From assembly GCA_964409615.1 (NCBI GenBank), contig CAYPDT010000002.1, positions 65,226 to 129,225 of the forward strand: 64,000 nucleotides of DNA, written 5' to 3'. Within the stretch, counting starts at the first letter, position 1. Every line of letters begins with the position of its first letter. Positions 1 through 9,646 of the stretch are shown here, one piece after another. Under the pieces are notes generated by a model. That model saw nothing but the letters and a program-made list of their open reading frames with translations. It was not told the DNA's origin and did no database searches. The stretch is from an uncultured Candidatus Saccharibacteria bacterium. GTDB lineage: Bacteria > Patescibacteriota > Saccharimonadia > Saccharimonadales > AWTP1-31. The position numbers were made by a program, and so were the translations under genes.

Positions 1-849
1 ACTTTCTTGCTTGTAACATCAAGTTGGTTCCTGCATCTAGCCAGAATTGGTACCCCCGACGTAATGTACCTAGGTATTCTCGCTCCCTTGGCATTTGCAA
101 TTTGGCTACCAAAAAGCAAACGACCACTCTTGGCACTGGCGCTCGGGGCGATTGTACTAATTAACACTCTCTATACACCTGGCCTAATCTGGTTCACGCT
201 CATTGGAATAGTATGGCAAAGAAAGGCAATAGCACAGCTCTACAGCAAAACAAAGGCAGCAGCTATCTTTACATTATTGGGTTGCCTGGTATTACTCGTG
301 CCTTTGGCTGTTTCTTTTGTACATGCGCCAGAACTCATCAAGACTTATCTGGGCTTACCAGAACAAATACTAACTGCGCTCAAACATGCTCCACGAAACC
401 TTATAGACATACCTATTCAGTTGGTTTACCGTGGCCCCGTCAACCCAACACTCAATCTTGCCAATGTGCCACTCTTAGACTTTTTTGTAGTGGTTATTGC
501 TACCTTGGGGGCATATAGTTACACCACCTACTTTGGTCTACTCCGAAGCCGCATGTTATTAGGTAGCCTTATCGTTTCGTGCCTACTCGTAAGCCTCAAG
601 GGTGGGGTATCAATCGGTGTTCTGCTACCTTTTGTCTATCTGTTGGTTGGCGGTGGGCTTAATTTCATGATTGAGCAATGGTTTAAGGTATTCCCGTATA
701 ATCCGTTCGCTCGTGGCACAGCTACCGTATTATTAACCGTAGCAGTTGGAGCCGTAACGTTTTATCACTTTAATGCCTACTTCGTAGCTTGGCCGCAGGC
801 TCCAGAAACTCGAGCTGCCTTCAACTATGCTCCGCAACCGCCTAAGTAA
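1..849 (+). CDS. polytopic integral membrane protein, 5' end probably cut by the window edge
   Basis: Frame 1 is open from nt 1 to the TAA at 847-849 (the ORF track starts at a TTG at nt 7). The translation is a series of hydrophobic helices (LGILAPLAFAIWL, LALALGAIVLINTLY, FFVVVIATLGAYSY, VLLTVAVGAVTFY). No family-specific motif recognised. Confidence 0.55.
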   Translation, partial: TFLLVTSSWFLHLARIGTPDVMYLGILAPLAFAIWLPKSKRPLLALALGAIVLINTLYTPGLIWFTLIGIVWQRKAIAQLYSKTKAAAIFTLLGCLVLLVPLAVSFVHAPELIKTYLGLPEQILTALKHAPRNLIDIPIQLVYRGPVNPTLNLANVPLLDFFVVVIATLGAYSYTTYFGLLRSRMLLGSLIVSCLLVSLKGGVSIGVLLPFVYLLVGGGLNFMIEQWFKVFPYNPFARGTATVLLTVAVGAVTFYHFNAYFVAWPQAPETRAAFNYAPQPPK

Positions 850-915
850 CATCTAGTTAGGCTCTCCTCAAGAAAAGATAAAATGCTATACTGATAGTGA
901 AATAAGGAGACAAGT

Positions 916-1209
916 ATGAGTCGTTTTGACCAAGCTAAAATGCTATTGCAAGTTAAGAAACTTCAGAAAGAATTACAGAAACAAATCATTACCGTCGAAC
1001 AAGGTGACGGTGCCGTAAAAGTCGAGATTACTGGTGAGCAGAAAATCAAGAAAATTCACATCGACCCTGAATACGTAGATCTCGATGATATTCGTGAACT
1101 AGAACGTTGGATTGAAGATGCTGTAAAAGATGCTATATCGCAAAGCCAAAAACTAGCGGCTGAGAAAATGCAACCCTTCATGGGCGCTCTTGGTGACCTC
1201 GGACTCTAA
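916..1209 (+). CDS. ybaB: YbaB/EbfC-family nucleoid-associated protein
   Basis: 97 aa with AAGGAG 7 nt upstream of the ATG. Typical YbaB layout (MLLQVKKLQKELQK..., GDGAVKVEITGEQKIKKIHIDPE). Sits in the conserved ybaB-recR pairing. Confidence 0.88.
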   Translation: MSRFDQAKMLLQVKKLQKELQKQIITVEQGDGAVKVEITGEQKIKKIHIDPEYVDLDDIRELERWIEDAVKDAISQSQKLAAEKMQPFMGALGDLGL

Positions 1210-1235
1210 GTGTCTGCTTACCGTAATTAACACTC

Positions 1236-1841
1236 ATGCAGATTCTTCCGCCCGCACTCGACGAACTCATTGAGGCCTTTGGTAACTTACCCGGGGTTGG
1301 CCCTCGCACAGCCGAAAGATATGCGTATTTTGTGCTTCGTGGCGACCCAACCATTGCCCAAAAATTAACTCGTGCGCTCACTGAATTACCGGGCTCTATT
1401 GATTACTGCAAAAAAACCTTCGCCTTGATTGAAAAAGGCAAAGAGTACTCCGACCTATACACCAACCCCAGTCGCGACAAAACTATTATCGCTGTGGTCG
1501 CCGAACCATTCGATTTAGTGGCCCTTGAAAAAACCAACGAATTCAAAGGCACTTATCATGTTTTGGGCGGGCTCATTTCTCCAATCGATGGCATCGGGCC
1601 AGAGCAGCTTCATATCGCCGAACTCATCAAGCGCGTTAATGAAGATAATGTGAAAGAAATTATCCTCGCTACCAACGCCGGTGTAGAAGGGGAGTCAACA
1701 GCACTATATATACAGCAACAGCTCGAAGGAACCGACGTACGCGTCACTCGGCTCGCCAGAGGCCTTCCAGTTGGCGTAGATCTTGAATATGCTGATCAAA
1801 TCACACTCAGTCGCGCGCTCGAGGGCAGACAAACGTTATAA
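1236..1841 (+). CDS. recR: recombination protein RecR (zinc-finger cysteines mostly absent)
   Basis: HhH motif LPGVGPRTAERYAYF. Toprim/C-terminal blocks GTYHVLGGLISPIDGIGP and ILATNAGVEGESTALY. 201 aa, directly after ybaB. Confidence 0.9.
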   Translation: MQILPPALDELIEAFGNLPGVGPRTAERYAYFVLRGDPTIAQKLTRALTELPGSIDYCKKTFALIEKGKEYSDLYTNPSRDKTIIAVVAEPFDLVALEKTNEFKGTYHVLGGLISPIDGIGPEQLHIAELIKRVNEDNVKEIILATNAGVEGESTALYIQQQLEGTDVRVTRLARGLPVGVDLEYADQITLSRALEGRQTL

Positions 1842-1967
1842 GTCTATCGGGGCTGATTCAAAGTATTACACTTTATTTGGCAAAATAGAATTTACCCAGC
1901 GCTCAATTGTAGACAATGGCAGGCGTTAGATGGGTGACTTTGTCAAAATTACGATATACTTAAAAGA

Positions 1968-2981
1968 ATGAAAATCCAAACAAGACCGTATGGTACCGCT
2001 GAAGCAATTGGCAAAATAGTCAGCGATGCCCAGCATATCGTAGTTATACAGGCAGACAACCCCGATGCTGACAGCATGGCTAGTGCTTTAGCATTGGAGC
2101 AAATTCTTGGTGAGATGGGCAAGCAAGTAACATTGTACTGCGGTATTGATATCACTAATTATCTACGCTATATACCGGGTCACGACCGTGTAGTAAAAGA
2201 CCTACCCCATAACTTTGACGCTGCAATACTGGTTGATTGCTCAAGCATATCGTTGTTAGAGCAGCTAGAGAAAACCAATCAGATTGGAGCTTTGCGTACA
2301 CGTCCGTTTGTAATTATTGATCACCATAATGTCGAGAACGACGTTACTATCAACAGTATTGATATCATCGATAATAAAGCTGTAGCTACTGGCGAGGTTC
2401 TGTACCTACTGAGTCAACAGCTCGGCTGGAAGCTTGATGCATCGAGTGCAAGCTTACTAGCAATTTCAATCATGGCCGACTCACTTGGTCTAACAGTAGA
2501 AGCAGTCAGTTCGCGCAGCATTCACGTGTTAGCCGAGCTCGTAGAGCACGGTGCCAATCTAGCAGAACTAGAGTCTACACGGCGCCTATTCATGACAAAA
2601 CCGCTCGATATTATCAGCTACAAAGGCAAACTGCTCCAACGCATCGAATACTTTTGCGACAATCAACTAGCTTTGGTGAGCATTCCATGGGATGAAATTC
2701 AAAAATACAGCCCAATATATAACCCTGCAGTTTTGGCGCTAGAAGAGTTACGCCTGGCCGAAGGCGTTAAGCTAGCAGTAGTGCTCAAGCTATATCCAGA
2801 TGGTAAAATTACTGGTAAACTACGCTGCAATTACGGTATACAGGTTGCCGGTGATTTGGCAGAGCACTTTGGCGGCGGAGGACACCCCAGTGCAGCTGGC
2901 TTTAAAACCAAGGATTGGCAGTATGAGCCGCTAAAAAAAGAACTCATACAGCAATCAAGTGTTCTCTTAAACAAAAGCTAA
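1968..2981 (+). CDS. DHH-family phosphoesterase (NrnA-like oligoribonuclease/pAp phosphatase)
   Basis: DHH motifs: QADNPDADSMASALAL, FVIIDHHN, and the DHHA1 motif GGGGHPSAAGF near the C-terminus. 337 aa. Confidence 0.85.
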   Translation: MKIQTRPYGTAEAIGKIVSDAQHIVVIQADNPDADSMASALALEQILGEMGKQVTLYCGIDITNYLRYIPGHDRVVKDLPHNFDAAILVDCSSISLLEQLEKTNQIGALRTRPFVIIDHHNVENDVTINSIDIIDNKAVATGEVLYLLSQQLGWKLDASSASLLAISIMADSLGLTVEAVSSRSIHVLAELVEHGANLAELESTRRLFMTKPLDIISYKGKLLQRIEYFCDNQLALVSIPWDEIQKYSPIYNPAVLALEELRLAEGVKLAVVLKLYPDGKITGKLRCNYGIQVAGDLAEHFGGGGHPSAAGFKTKDWQYEPLKKELIQQSSVLLNKS

Positions 2982-2993
2982 ATGGACTGAACC

Positions 2994-4421
2994 GTGAAAC
3001 TTTACAATACCCTCACTCGCAGTATCGAAAACTTTAAACCACTCAACGGCAAGACTGTTAAGCTGTATGCATGTGGGCTGACGGTCTATAGTCAGCCGCA
3101 CATCGGCAACTGGGTCGCCTATATTTATTGGGATATACTAGTGCGAACACTACGGTCTAGTGGCTACACCGTTGAGCACATCCAGAACATAACCGACGTT
3201 GGCCACCTTACTTCCGACGAAGATGCCGGAGAAGATAAGATGCTAAAAGGAGCTTTGCGTGAAGGCATTACGGCGTGGCAAGTTGCCGAAAAGTACATTG
3301 CCGTAGCATCACAAGAAGCCTACGAACAGCTCAAGCTTACCAAGCCCACCCATATGCCTCGGGCCACCGATTATATACCACAGCAAATTGCTTTTGTATC
3401 CGCACTCCAGGCCAAGGGCTTTACCTATACCATTGATGACGGCGTCTATTTTGATACATCAAAACTGGCAAATTATGGCCAGCTTGCTCGGCTCGATATA
3501 GACGGATTACAGTTTGGTGCGCGGGTTGCCGACACCGGCAAAAAAAATCCCACCGACTTCGCCGTCTGGAAGTTTTCTAACCCAGCTGAAAAACGCGACA
3601 TGGAATGGGATAGTCCTTTTGGCGTAAATACTGGGAACACCGATGGTAAGAATAAGGGCACCGGGTTCCCGGGATGGCACCTTGAATGTTCAGTTATGGC
3701 TCAAGAGCTACTCGGTGACCAGATAGATATTCATACTGGTGGCATCGACCATATCCCAGTGCACCACACCAACGAGATTGCCCAAACAGAAGCCATGACA
3801 GGCAAACCGTTTTCACAATTCTGGGTACATGCCAATCATCTCAAAGTAGATGGTACTAAAATCAGTAAATCACTTGGTAACGGATACACACTAGAAGACG
3901 TAGTCAAAAAAGGTTATGACCTACAAGCATTTAAATTGTTAGTTTTAAGCAAACACTACCAGACAGAAGGAAATTTCACTTGGGATATTTTAGAAGCAGC
4001 CCAAAATCGTTTGAACCGCTGGCGCACTGCTGTAGATTTAGCATGGCAAGAGCACTTAGCGACCGATTCCGACCTAGACAGTGATGTATATATACAGCGT
4101 ATTCTGGACGCATTGCAAAATAATCTCGATACACCCAAAGCGGTTAGCATTATTGATGAGGCAATAGATATTATCGAGGGTCTACATTTTTCAAAAGAAG
4201 AAATTATTGATCTCGGTAACGTAATTTCTGAAGGCCTTGGCATTGACCTCATGGTTGGCAAAAAAGATATAACAGCTGCTCAAAAAGAATTACTCGACCA
4301 ACGGCAAGCAGCTCGAGATGCCAAAGATTGGGCTGCATCAGACACTATTCGTAATCAACTGATAGAACAGGGAATTACTGTCCGGGACACCAGCAACGGT
4401 CAAATTTGGAACCGAATATAG
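2994..4421 (+). CDS. cysS: cysteine--tRNA ligase
   Basis: GTG start. Class I signature HIGN (SQPHIGNWVAY) and KMSKS variant KISKSLGN. WHLECS zinc-site block. 475 aa. Confidence 0.95.
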   Translation: MKLYNTLTRSIENFKPLNGKTVKLYACGLTVYSQPHIGNWVAYIYWDILVRTLRSSGYTVEHIQNITDVGHLTSDEDAGEDKMLKGALREGITAWQVAEKYIAVASQEAYEQLKLTKPTHMPRATDYIPQQIAFVSALQAKGFTYTIDDGVYFDTSKLANYGQLARLDIDGLQFGARVADTGKKNPTDFAVWKFSNPAEKRDMEWDSPFGVNTGNTDGKNKGTGFPGWHLECSVMAQELLGDQIDIHTGGIDHIPVHHTNEIAQTEAMTGKPFSQFWVHANHLKVDGTKISKSLGNGYTLEDVVKKGYDLQAFKLLVLSKHYQTEGNFTWDILEAAQNRLNRWRTAVDLAWQEHLATDSDLDSDVYIQRILDALQNNLDTPKAVSIIDEAIDIIEGLHFSKEEIIDLGNVISEGLGIDLMVGKKDITAAQKELLDQRQAARDAKDWAASDTIRNQLIEQGITVRDTSNGQIWNRI

Positions 4422-4454
4422 ACCTCATCGACTGTAAGACAAGGCTTGAAGTAA

Positions 4455-5528
4455 TTAAGCGTTGGCTTTTTCTTGCTTATGATTCAGGTAGTCTTTTAGT
4501 AGGATACGTAAGCATGCAGCTAATGGAATAGCCACAAAACCGCCGAGTAACCCACCAAGCCCGATACCGCACAAGGCTGCAATAAAGACTAGCAGTGGCG
4601 ACAGTTCGTTCTTTCGAGATTGGATATACGGCTGAATAGTGACATTTTCTATCTGCTGGTAGACCAAGAAGAAAATAGCCATGGTAATAGCTAGTGGTAT
4701 TGAGCTAAGAGCACTAACTACTACCACTATGGCGGCACCAATTGTGTTACCTATCATCGGTATCAAGCCAGCCAGCGCTATAATACCGGCCAGGCCAAGA
4801 GCATTGACCGACACTCCAAAGACACTACTGGCAATCATCAGCGCCACAAAGGCGAACGTTGCAGCAATCGCAGCAATTAGTAACTGTCCGTTAACGTAGT
4901 TAGTGATTACACGATACATTTGTAGAGCCAAATCACGCCTATGGGCACGTTTTTTCGCATTCTGAAGTTCTAACATCCGGTCAAACCACATTGGCCCCTC
5001 AACAATCATCATAAACGTCATAAACAAGACGGCAATCAGCGATACTAAACCGCTTCCAATTTTGCTGGCTGTCGATAATACCGGTTGAGGTAAGTCCTTG
5101 ATACGCCCACGCATATCATTAGCGATGTTATCGACGGTATCCTGCAGATTATACTTATTAACAATTTTTCCCAATCCAGAGTTGGTATCTTGAACACTCT
5201 CTATAGTGTTTGGTAAGTCAGAGATAAAATCACTCGTCTGGCGGACCAGGGGCGGTACAACAGCAGCCAAGAAGGCAATTAGGAACACCAACACACTCAG
5301 GTAAGCAATGCCAGTCGCTGCTGCGCGACTCTTAATACGAAGTTTTTTACTTATCCAGCTAACCGCTGGATTAAGCGCCAATGCTAAGAAGAAAGCCGAA
5401 AATATCAGCGTCAGTGCGTGACTAATGTTCATGACAAAACGGATACCAAGGAAAGTAGCCACCACTATAAGAATTACCCGAACAATTGTACGGTTCGAGA
5501 CCGTTACTTCGACTTTGCTTTTATTCAT
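4455..5528 (-). CDS. AI-2E family (PerM-like) transporter
   Basis: About 8 predicted TM helices with the typical AI-2E C-terminal block (IPMIGNTIGAAIVVV...QQIENVTIQPYIQ). The ORF track extends to 5564. I prefer the ATG at 5528, which lies just after the upstream gene's stop (5530-5532). Confidence 0.8.
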   Translation of the reverse strand: MNKSKVEVTVSNRTIVRVILIVVATFLGIRFVMNISHALTLIFSAFFLALALNPAVSWISKKLRIKSRAAATGIAYLSVLVFLIAFLAAVVPPLVRQTSDFISDLPNTIESVQDTNSGLGKIVNKYNLQDTVDNIANDMRGRIKDLPQPVLSTASKIGSGLVSLIAVLFMTFMMIVEGPMWFDRMLELQNAKKRAHRRDLALQMYRVITNYVNGQLLIAAIAATFAFVALMIASSVFGVSVNALGLAGIIALAGLIPMIGNTIGAAIVVVVSALSSIPLAITMAIFFLVYQQIENVTIQPYIQSRKNELSPLLVFIAALCGIGLGGLLGGFVAIPLAACLRILLKDYLNHKQEKANA

Positions 5529-5529
5529 A

Positions 5530-6675
5530 CTAACCATTATTGCCGAGCCGTCGTCGTTTTGCAATTTCTCGCTTGTATATCGTTAACAGTTTTGCCCCAA
5601 CTATAGCCACATCGAAGTCAGTAATACGTGCAACTTGCGTCTGGTGAATTTTTTTGCGCAACGAGGCATCTGTTAATAATTTATGGATTCTTGATGCAAA
5701 CTCTTGGGTATCATGAGGATTAATCAATGCTAGCGGTTGGTCATCGAGTACATACCGGTATCCTGGGTTGTCACCGCCTAATACTACTCCAGCTCCTGAT
5801 GCAATTGCCTCTACTAATACAATGCCAAAACTCTCGCCGGCAATGCTGGGCATCACGGCAATATCAGCACTCCGGAGATAATGAGGCTTATCGACTTCGG
5901 TAATCCAGCCGGCCATCTCGACAACCGATTCAAGGTTATTAGCTGTAATATACCGCTCCAAACGCTCTCTATCTGGCCCATGACCGGCCACGATAACACG
6001 CACATTCTGAAGTTTGTCTTCAGCCTGTAGCAAACGAATGGCCTGCAGAAACTGCATACAGCCCTTGCGCTCTACCAAGCGACCCAAAAAAACGACATTC
6101 TGCTTTCCGTCATCATATTTCTTGAATTTTTTACCTTTAGTAAAGCCTTTTAGGTTAACCGCGTTGGGTACAACAGTTGTAGTTATGTTCATGGCCTGCT
6201 CGGCAAATTGCTGAGCAGCCGTAGAGACCGCCACAATCGCGTCAAAGCGCGCAAGTGTCTTGCGCACTGTCTGCGCTAAAAGCCGAGAACCCAGGGTCTG
6301 TAGACGACCGTACGGCAATATGTGGAATGTACCAACAACTGCAGTCGAAAGTGGAACATTTGCCACAATCTTACCGGCTAACAAAGGGCTGTAGGGCATT
6401 TGCACATGCAATACATCAAAACGCTGTTCTGCCAAAATGTTTCTAATATTTTTTACAGGAGCATGTAAGGGAATGGATAGCTTATTGCCGTTAAACGTAA
6501 CTGGGAGGTTATTGCTGAGACTATGCACATTTTCAATATCATCTCGGGTTGTTTGACCAACCAAATAGTGTACCTTGTGACCTTGTTCAACGTACCATCT
6601 ACCGAGCGTAAGCACGTACTGCTGAACACCATCGGGGGCATCAAGGCCATCATCTAGTACAAAACCGATTTTCAT
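5530..6675 (-). CDS. glycosyltransferase family 4
   Basis: Starts MKIGFVLDD... C-terminal GT-B block PSIAGESFGIVLVEAIASGAGVV. The start at 6675 makes an ATGA overlap with the upstream GT4 stop. The ORF track alternative is 6699. Confidence 0.85.
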   Translation of the reverse strand: MKIGFVLDDGLDAPDGVQQYVLTLGRWYVEQGHKVHYLVGQTTRDDIENVHSLSNNLPVTFNGNKLSIPLHAPVKNIRNILAEQRFDVLHVQMPYSPLLAGKIVANVPLSTAVVGTFHILPYGRLQTLGSRLLAQTVRKTLARFDAIVAVSTAAQQFAEQAMNITTTVVPNAVNLKGFTKGKKFKKYDDGKQNVVFLGRLVERKGCMQFLQAIRLLQAEDKLQNVRVIVAGHGPDRERLERYITANNLESVVEMAGWITEVDKPHYLRSADIAVMPSIAGESFGIVLVEAIASGAGVVLGGDNPGYRYVLDDQPLALINPHDTQEFASRIHKLLTDASLRKKIHQTQVARITDFDVAIVGAKLLTIYKREIAKRRRLGNNG

Positions 6676-7814
6676 TTGATTGTCTGATTTGCTCGCCAAA
6701 TTTTGCGGGCATCCTTGTAAGCTTTTTCATACATATCAACTACATTTCGGTAATCAAATTGCTGCACATACTGTTGTGCCCAGCTCTTCCATAAGCTTCG
6801 TATCTCTTCATCAAACAGCATAAGCTCAAGTCGCTGTGCAAAATCAGTGGTTGCCTCGGGCGAAACTAGACTCAGCCGACCACGACCGGTCATAACACTA
6901 GAATAGCCAGGGTTGTTACCGGCTACTACCACGCAGCCAGCTGCCATAGCTTCAAGCAGTACAATACCAAAACTCTCACCATATAAAGCTGCGCTGCAGT
7001 ACAAATCTGCGGTTTGTAGCAATTTTACTTTTTCGGCCTCAGAAACAAAACCCAAAAATCTAACATCTGGAATCTCATGTTTTTCAACATAATTTTCTAA
7101 TGTCGAGCGTAAATCACCACTGCCGGCGATAACTAGTTCAACATTGTGGTGCAGCTTACGCAGTTCAGCGTAGGCCTTGAGTAGGTATTTAACACCTTTA
7201 CGTTTCTCTAGGCGGCCTACATATACAATTTTCTTACGCTTGTGTTGTACATTAACTTTTTTCTTGGGAGCGTAATCAGAGATATTTATGCCGTTCGGTA
7301 CAATACGCATCGCTGCATTAGGGGCGTAGACGTGAGCTGTTTCTTCAGCCACTGCCGAAACAGCCGTGATTACGTGTGTGCGGGTCTCCATGTACTTCGC
7401 AACGGGCAACATTAGCTTCTGGTACGACTTTGTAACCATTCCATCTGGTAATGTGGCGTGCATGGTAGCTACGTGCGCCACGTGCGAGCGTGCAATAAGT
7501 TGCATCCCTAAAACAGGCATGCCGGGCTCATGAAAATGCAAAACATCAAACTTCTGTTCAGCCAACATAGCATCGATTTTCTCGTTTGAGATACTCATGC
7601 CAACATCTGCTTTTGTTGCAAACGTGTTTAATTCTACCGAACCACCGAGTAAAATTACATCCGTAGCGGCATCGGCAGGCATGCGGCGAGGCCGTGGAGC
7701 AATCACGCGTACATAGTGGCCTCTAGCGGTCAGTTCTTGAGCAATTTCTTTGATGCAAATCTGCACCCCACCTGGGCGATAGTAGTTATACGGGCAAACA
7801 AGTCCGATACGCAT
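6672..7814 (-). CDS. glycosyltransferase family 4
   Basis: MRIGLVCPYNYYRPGGVQ N-terminus. E-x7-E type block YGESFGIVLLEAMAAGCVVVAG. Paralogue of the downstream GT4. Confidence 0.85.
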   Translation of the reverse strand: MRIGLVCPYNYYRPGGVQICIKEIAQELTARGHYVRVIAPRPRRMPADAATDVILLGGSVELNTFATKADVGMSISNEKIDAMLAEQKFDVLHFHEPGMPVLGMQLIARSHVAHVATMHATLPDGMVTKSYQKLMLPVAKYMETRTHVITAVSAVAEETAHVYAPNAAMRIVPNGINISDYAPKKKVNVQHKRKKIVYVGRLEKRKGVKYLLKAYAELRKLHHNVELVIAGSGDLRSTLENYVEKHEIPDVRFLGFVSEAEKVKLLQTADLYCSAALYGESFGIVLLEAMAAGCVVVAGNNPGYSSVMTGRGRLSLVSPEATTDFAQRLELMLFDEEIRSLWKSWAQQYVQQFDYRNVVDMYEKAYKDARKIWRANQTIK

Positions 7815-7885
7815 TAGGCCTATTATAGCATCCCTAATACTCTAGCCCGGGAGCAATAGCATCGCTGAAATGCCGAAACTGAGTG

Positions 7886-8836
7886 TTATCGAGGGTTTTG
7901 AGCTAAAATTCGTTTTAGCTTCGGTGGAATAAACATACTTGCAGCATCGGCATCGGCAATAACTGTCGGCGCATGATTCTTGAAGCTGGTTTGCACGACC
8001 GTAACTTTATCGTAGATAACCGCCAAGTGCTGCTCTACAACATGGTTATCGAAGTAACGGTCTTCGGCAACTCCAATATGGTAAACAGGTAGGTTAACTC
8101 GTTCGTTTACTAAATTCAGGGTAAACATACTGACTGAGGTATCCATGTAGGTACGAAGGTCATTGGCTTGCCATAGATGTATTTCAAAGTCGATACGCTT
8201 TTTACGTTCTTCGGCATCAGCATCTTTTAGCTTGGCATTTTTATCGGCAACAAGGGCGTACGTTGCGCGGATTAAACTTGGTCTTAGAGCTATCTTTTTA
8301 CCTACAAAAGCCGGAATGCGATTAGAGAAAAAGCTTGCACCATATCGCAGCATATAAAAATTGCGCTTCGAGAAAACAAATTCTTCATGGTGCACAAAAC
8401 CAACTACGCTTATTAATAAATTAACTTTCTTAGTAAGCTCCGGGCAGCGTTGTAACATGCGAGTTACAATAGCGAATCCGAGTGACATAGCTACAATGGT
8501 TACTTTTTTACGTTTGTAACGCATCTTTACAAACGCCGCAAGATAGTCGGCTAAATTATCAATACTTGGTTTCAGGCCGATTTTATAAAACGGCTCCATA
8601 CCCCCGAAGCCGGGCAGGTCGGGCATAGTAACACTGCCATACTTATTGAGGACTTCCATCAGGCCAAATAATCGCTCCAGACTTGAGTGGTGCCCATATA
8701 CAAACAGCATCTCTCGAGACTTACCGCGAGGTGCTGGCATATGCAACATGCGCCCCTCTAAACCATTCATCAATAATGGTACGATAAAATCTTCGGGGTT
8801 TCTTTGTGCACTTCCTGCCTGTTTTTTGTTTGCCAT
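7886..8836 (-). CDS. alpha/beta hydrolase-fold protein
   Basis: LFVYGHHSSLERLFG, a nucleophile-elbow-like VAMSLGFA, PDLPGFGG. The start is moved to the internal ATG (MANKKQ...) because the longer ORF (to 9019) overlaps the divergent VanY gene. Confidence 0.65.
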   Translation of the reverse strand: MANKKQAGSAQRNPEDFIVPLLMNGLEGRMLHMPAPRGKSREMLFVYGHHSSLERLFGLMEVLNKYGSVTMPDLPGFGGMEPFYKIGLKPSIDNLADYLAAFVKMRYKRKKVTIVAMSLGFAIVTRMLQRCPELTKKVNLLISVVGFVHHEEFVFSKRNFYMLRYGASFFSNRIPAFVGKKIALRPSLIRATYALVADKNAKLKDADAEERKKRIDFEIHLWQANDLRTYMDTSVSMFTLNLVNERVNLPVYHIGVAEDRYFDNHVVEQHLAVIYDKVTVVQTSFKNHAPTVIADADAASMFIPPKLKRILAQNPR

Positions 8837-8914
8837 TACCTCAAAATGTACGCGAAAAAGCTGGCCTTGCCAAGCATTAGCAACAAGATAATTACAACTT
8901 GCTATACTAATTCT

Positions 8915-9640
8915 ATGCGATCTAAATTTATTGTCGTTCCGCTGGTTATTTTTAGTATTGTTTTTGGTTTTTTTTATGTGCTCCATAACAAGGCAGAAAG
9001 CCCTAAACAAAAACCTCAAAACAACTCAAAAAGCAACGACTCTTCATTCAATAAAACTCGCTACTCCACAGACCAACCAGGCAGTATCTGGTGGATAGTT
9101 AACAAAAAAAGACCTTTGCCTGACAACTACGTACCCGAGAAACTAACCGTGCCTTCAGTCGCTTTACGACTCAGCTCAAACAGTGAGCAGATGCAAATTA
9201 GGTCCGATGTAGCTCCAGAAGTAGAGAAGCTATTTGAGGCTGCTTCACAAGCAAATCACAGTCTTATGTTTGCGAGCGGTTTTAGATCTAAGCAGTATCA
9301 GACACAGCTTTACAATGGCTACGTACAGACTGACGGACAGGAAGCAGCCGACAAATTTAGTGCCAAGCCAGGCACCAGCGAACACCAAACAGGCATGGCT
9401 TTTGATGTCTGCCAAGCAAATAGTAATTGTGACCTCGTTCAATCATTTGGCGATACCCCAACGGGCAAGTGGGTGGCAGAGCATGCGCATGAATACGGCT
9501 TTGTAGTCCGATATCTTAAAGGCAAAGAGGCAATCACTGGATACGAATATGAGCCATGGCATCTGCGATATGTCGGCGTTGACCTTGCAACCCAGCTATA
9601 CAAAAATAAACTAACACTCGAAGAATATTTACTAAAATAG
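8915..9640 (+). CDS. D-alanyl-D-alanine carboxypeptidase, VanY/peptidase M15B family
   Basis: N-terminal TM anchor (FIVVPLVIFSIVFGFFYV). Zn-ligand blocks SEHQTGMAFD and EPWHLRYVG. The start is taken at MRSKF (8915) rather than the ORF-track 8804. Confidence 0.85.
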   Translation: MRSKFIVVPLVIFSIVFGFFYVLHNKAESPKQKPQNNSKSNDSSFNKTRYSTDQPGSIWWIVNKKRPLPDNYVPEKLTVPSVALRLSSNSEQMQIRSDVAPEVEKLFEAASQANHSLMFASGFRSKQYQTQLYNGYVQTDGQEAADKFSAKPGTSEHQTGMAFDVCQANSNCDLVQSFGDTPTGKWVAEHAHEYGFVVRYLKGKEAITGYEYEPWHLRYVGVDLATQLYKNKLTLEEYLLK

Positions 9641-9646
9641 TGCTGC

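Noticed and set aside
213-518. 101-aa plus-strand ORF nested in the first gene in another frame.
   Set aside because: It is fully contained in the longer membrane-protein ORF and has a Cys/Thr-rich off-frame composition.
8804-9019. N-terminal extensions of the divergent hydrolase (to 9019) and VanY (from 8804) ORFs, which would overlap each other by about 215 nt.
   Set aside because: Internal ATGs (8836 and 8915) give proteins that begin at the conserved domain or signal anchor and remove the implausible overlap.
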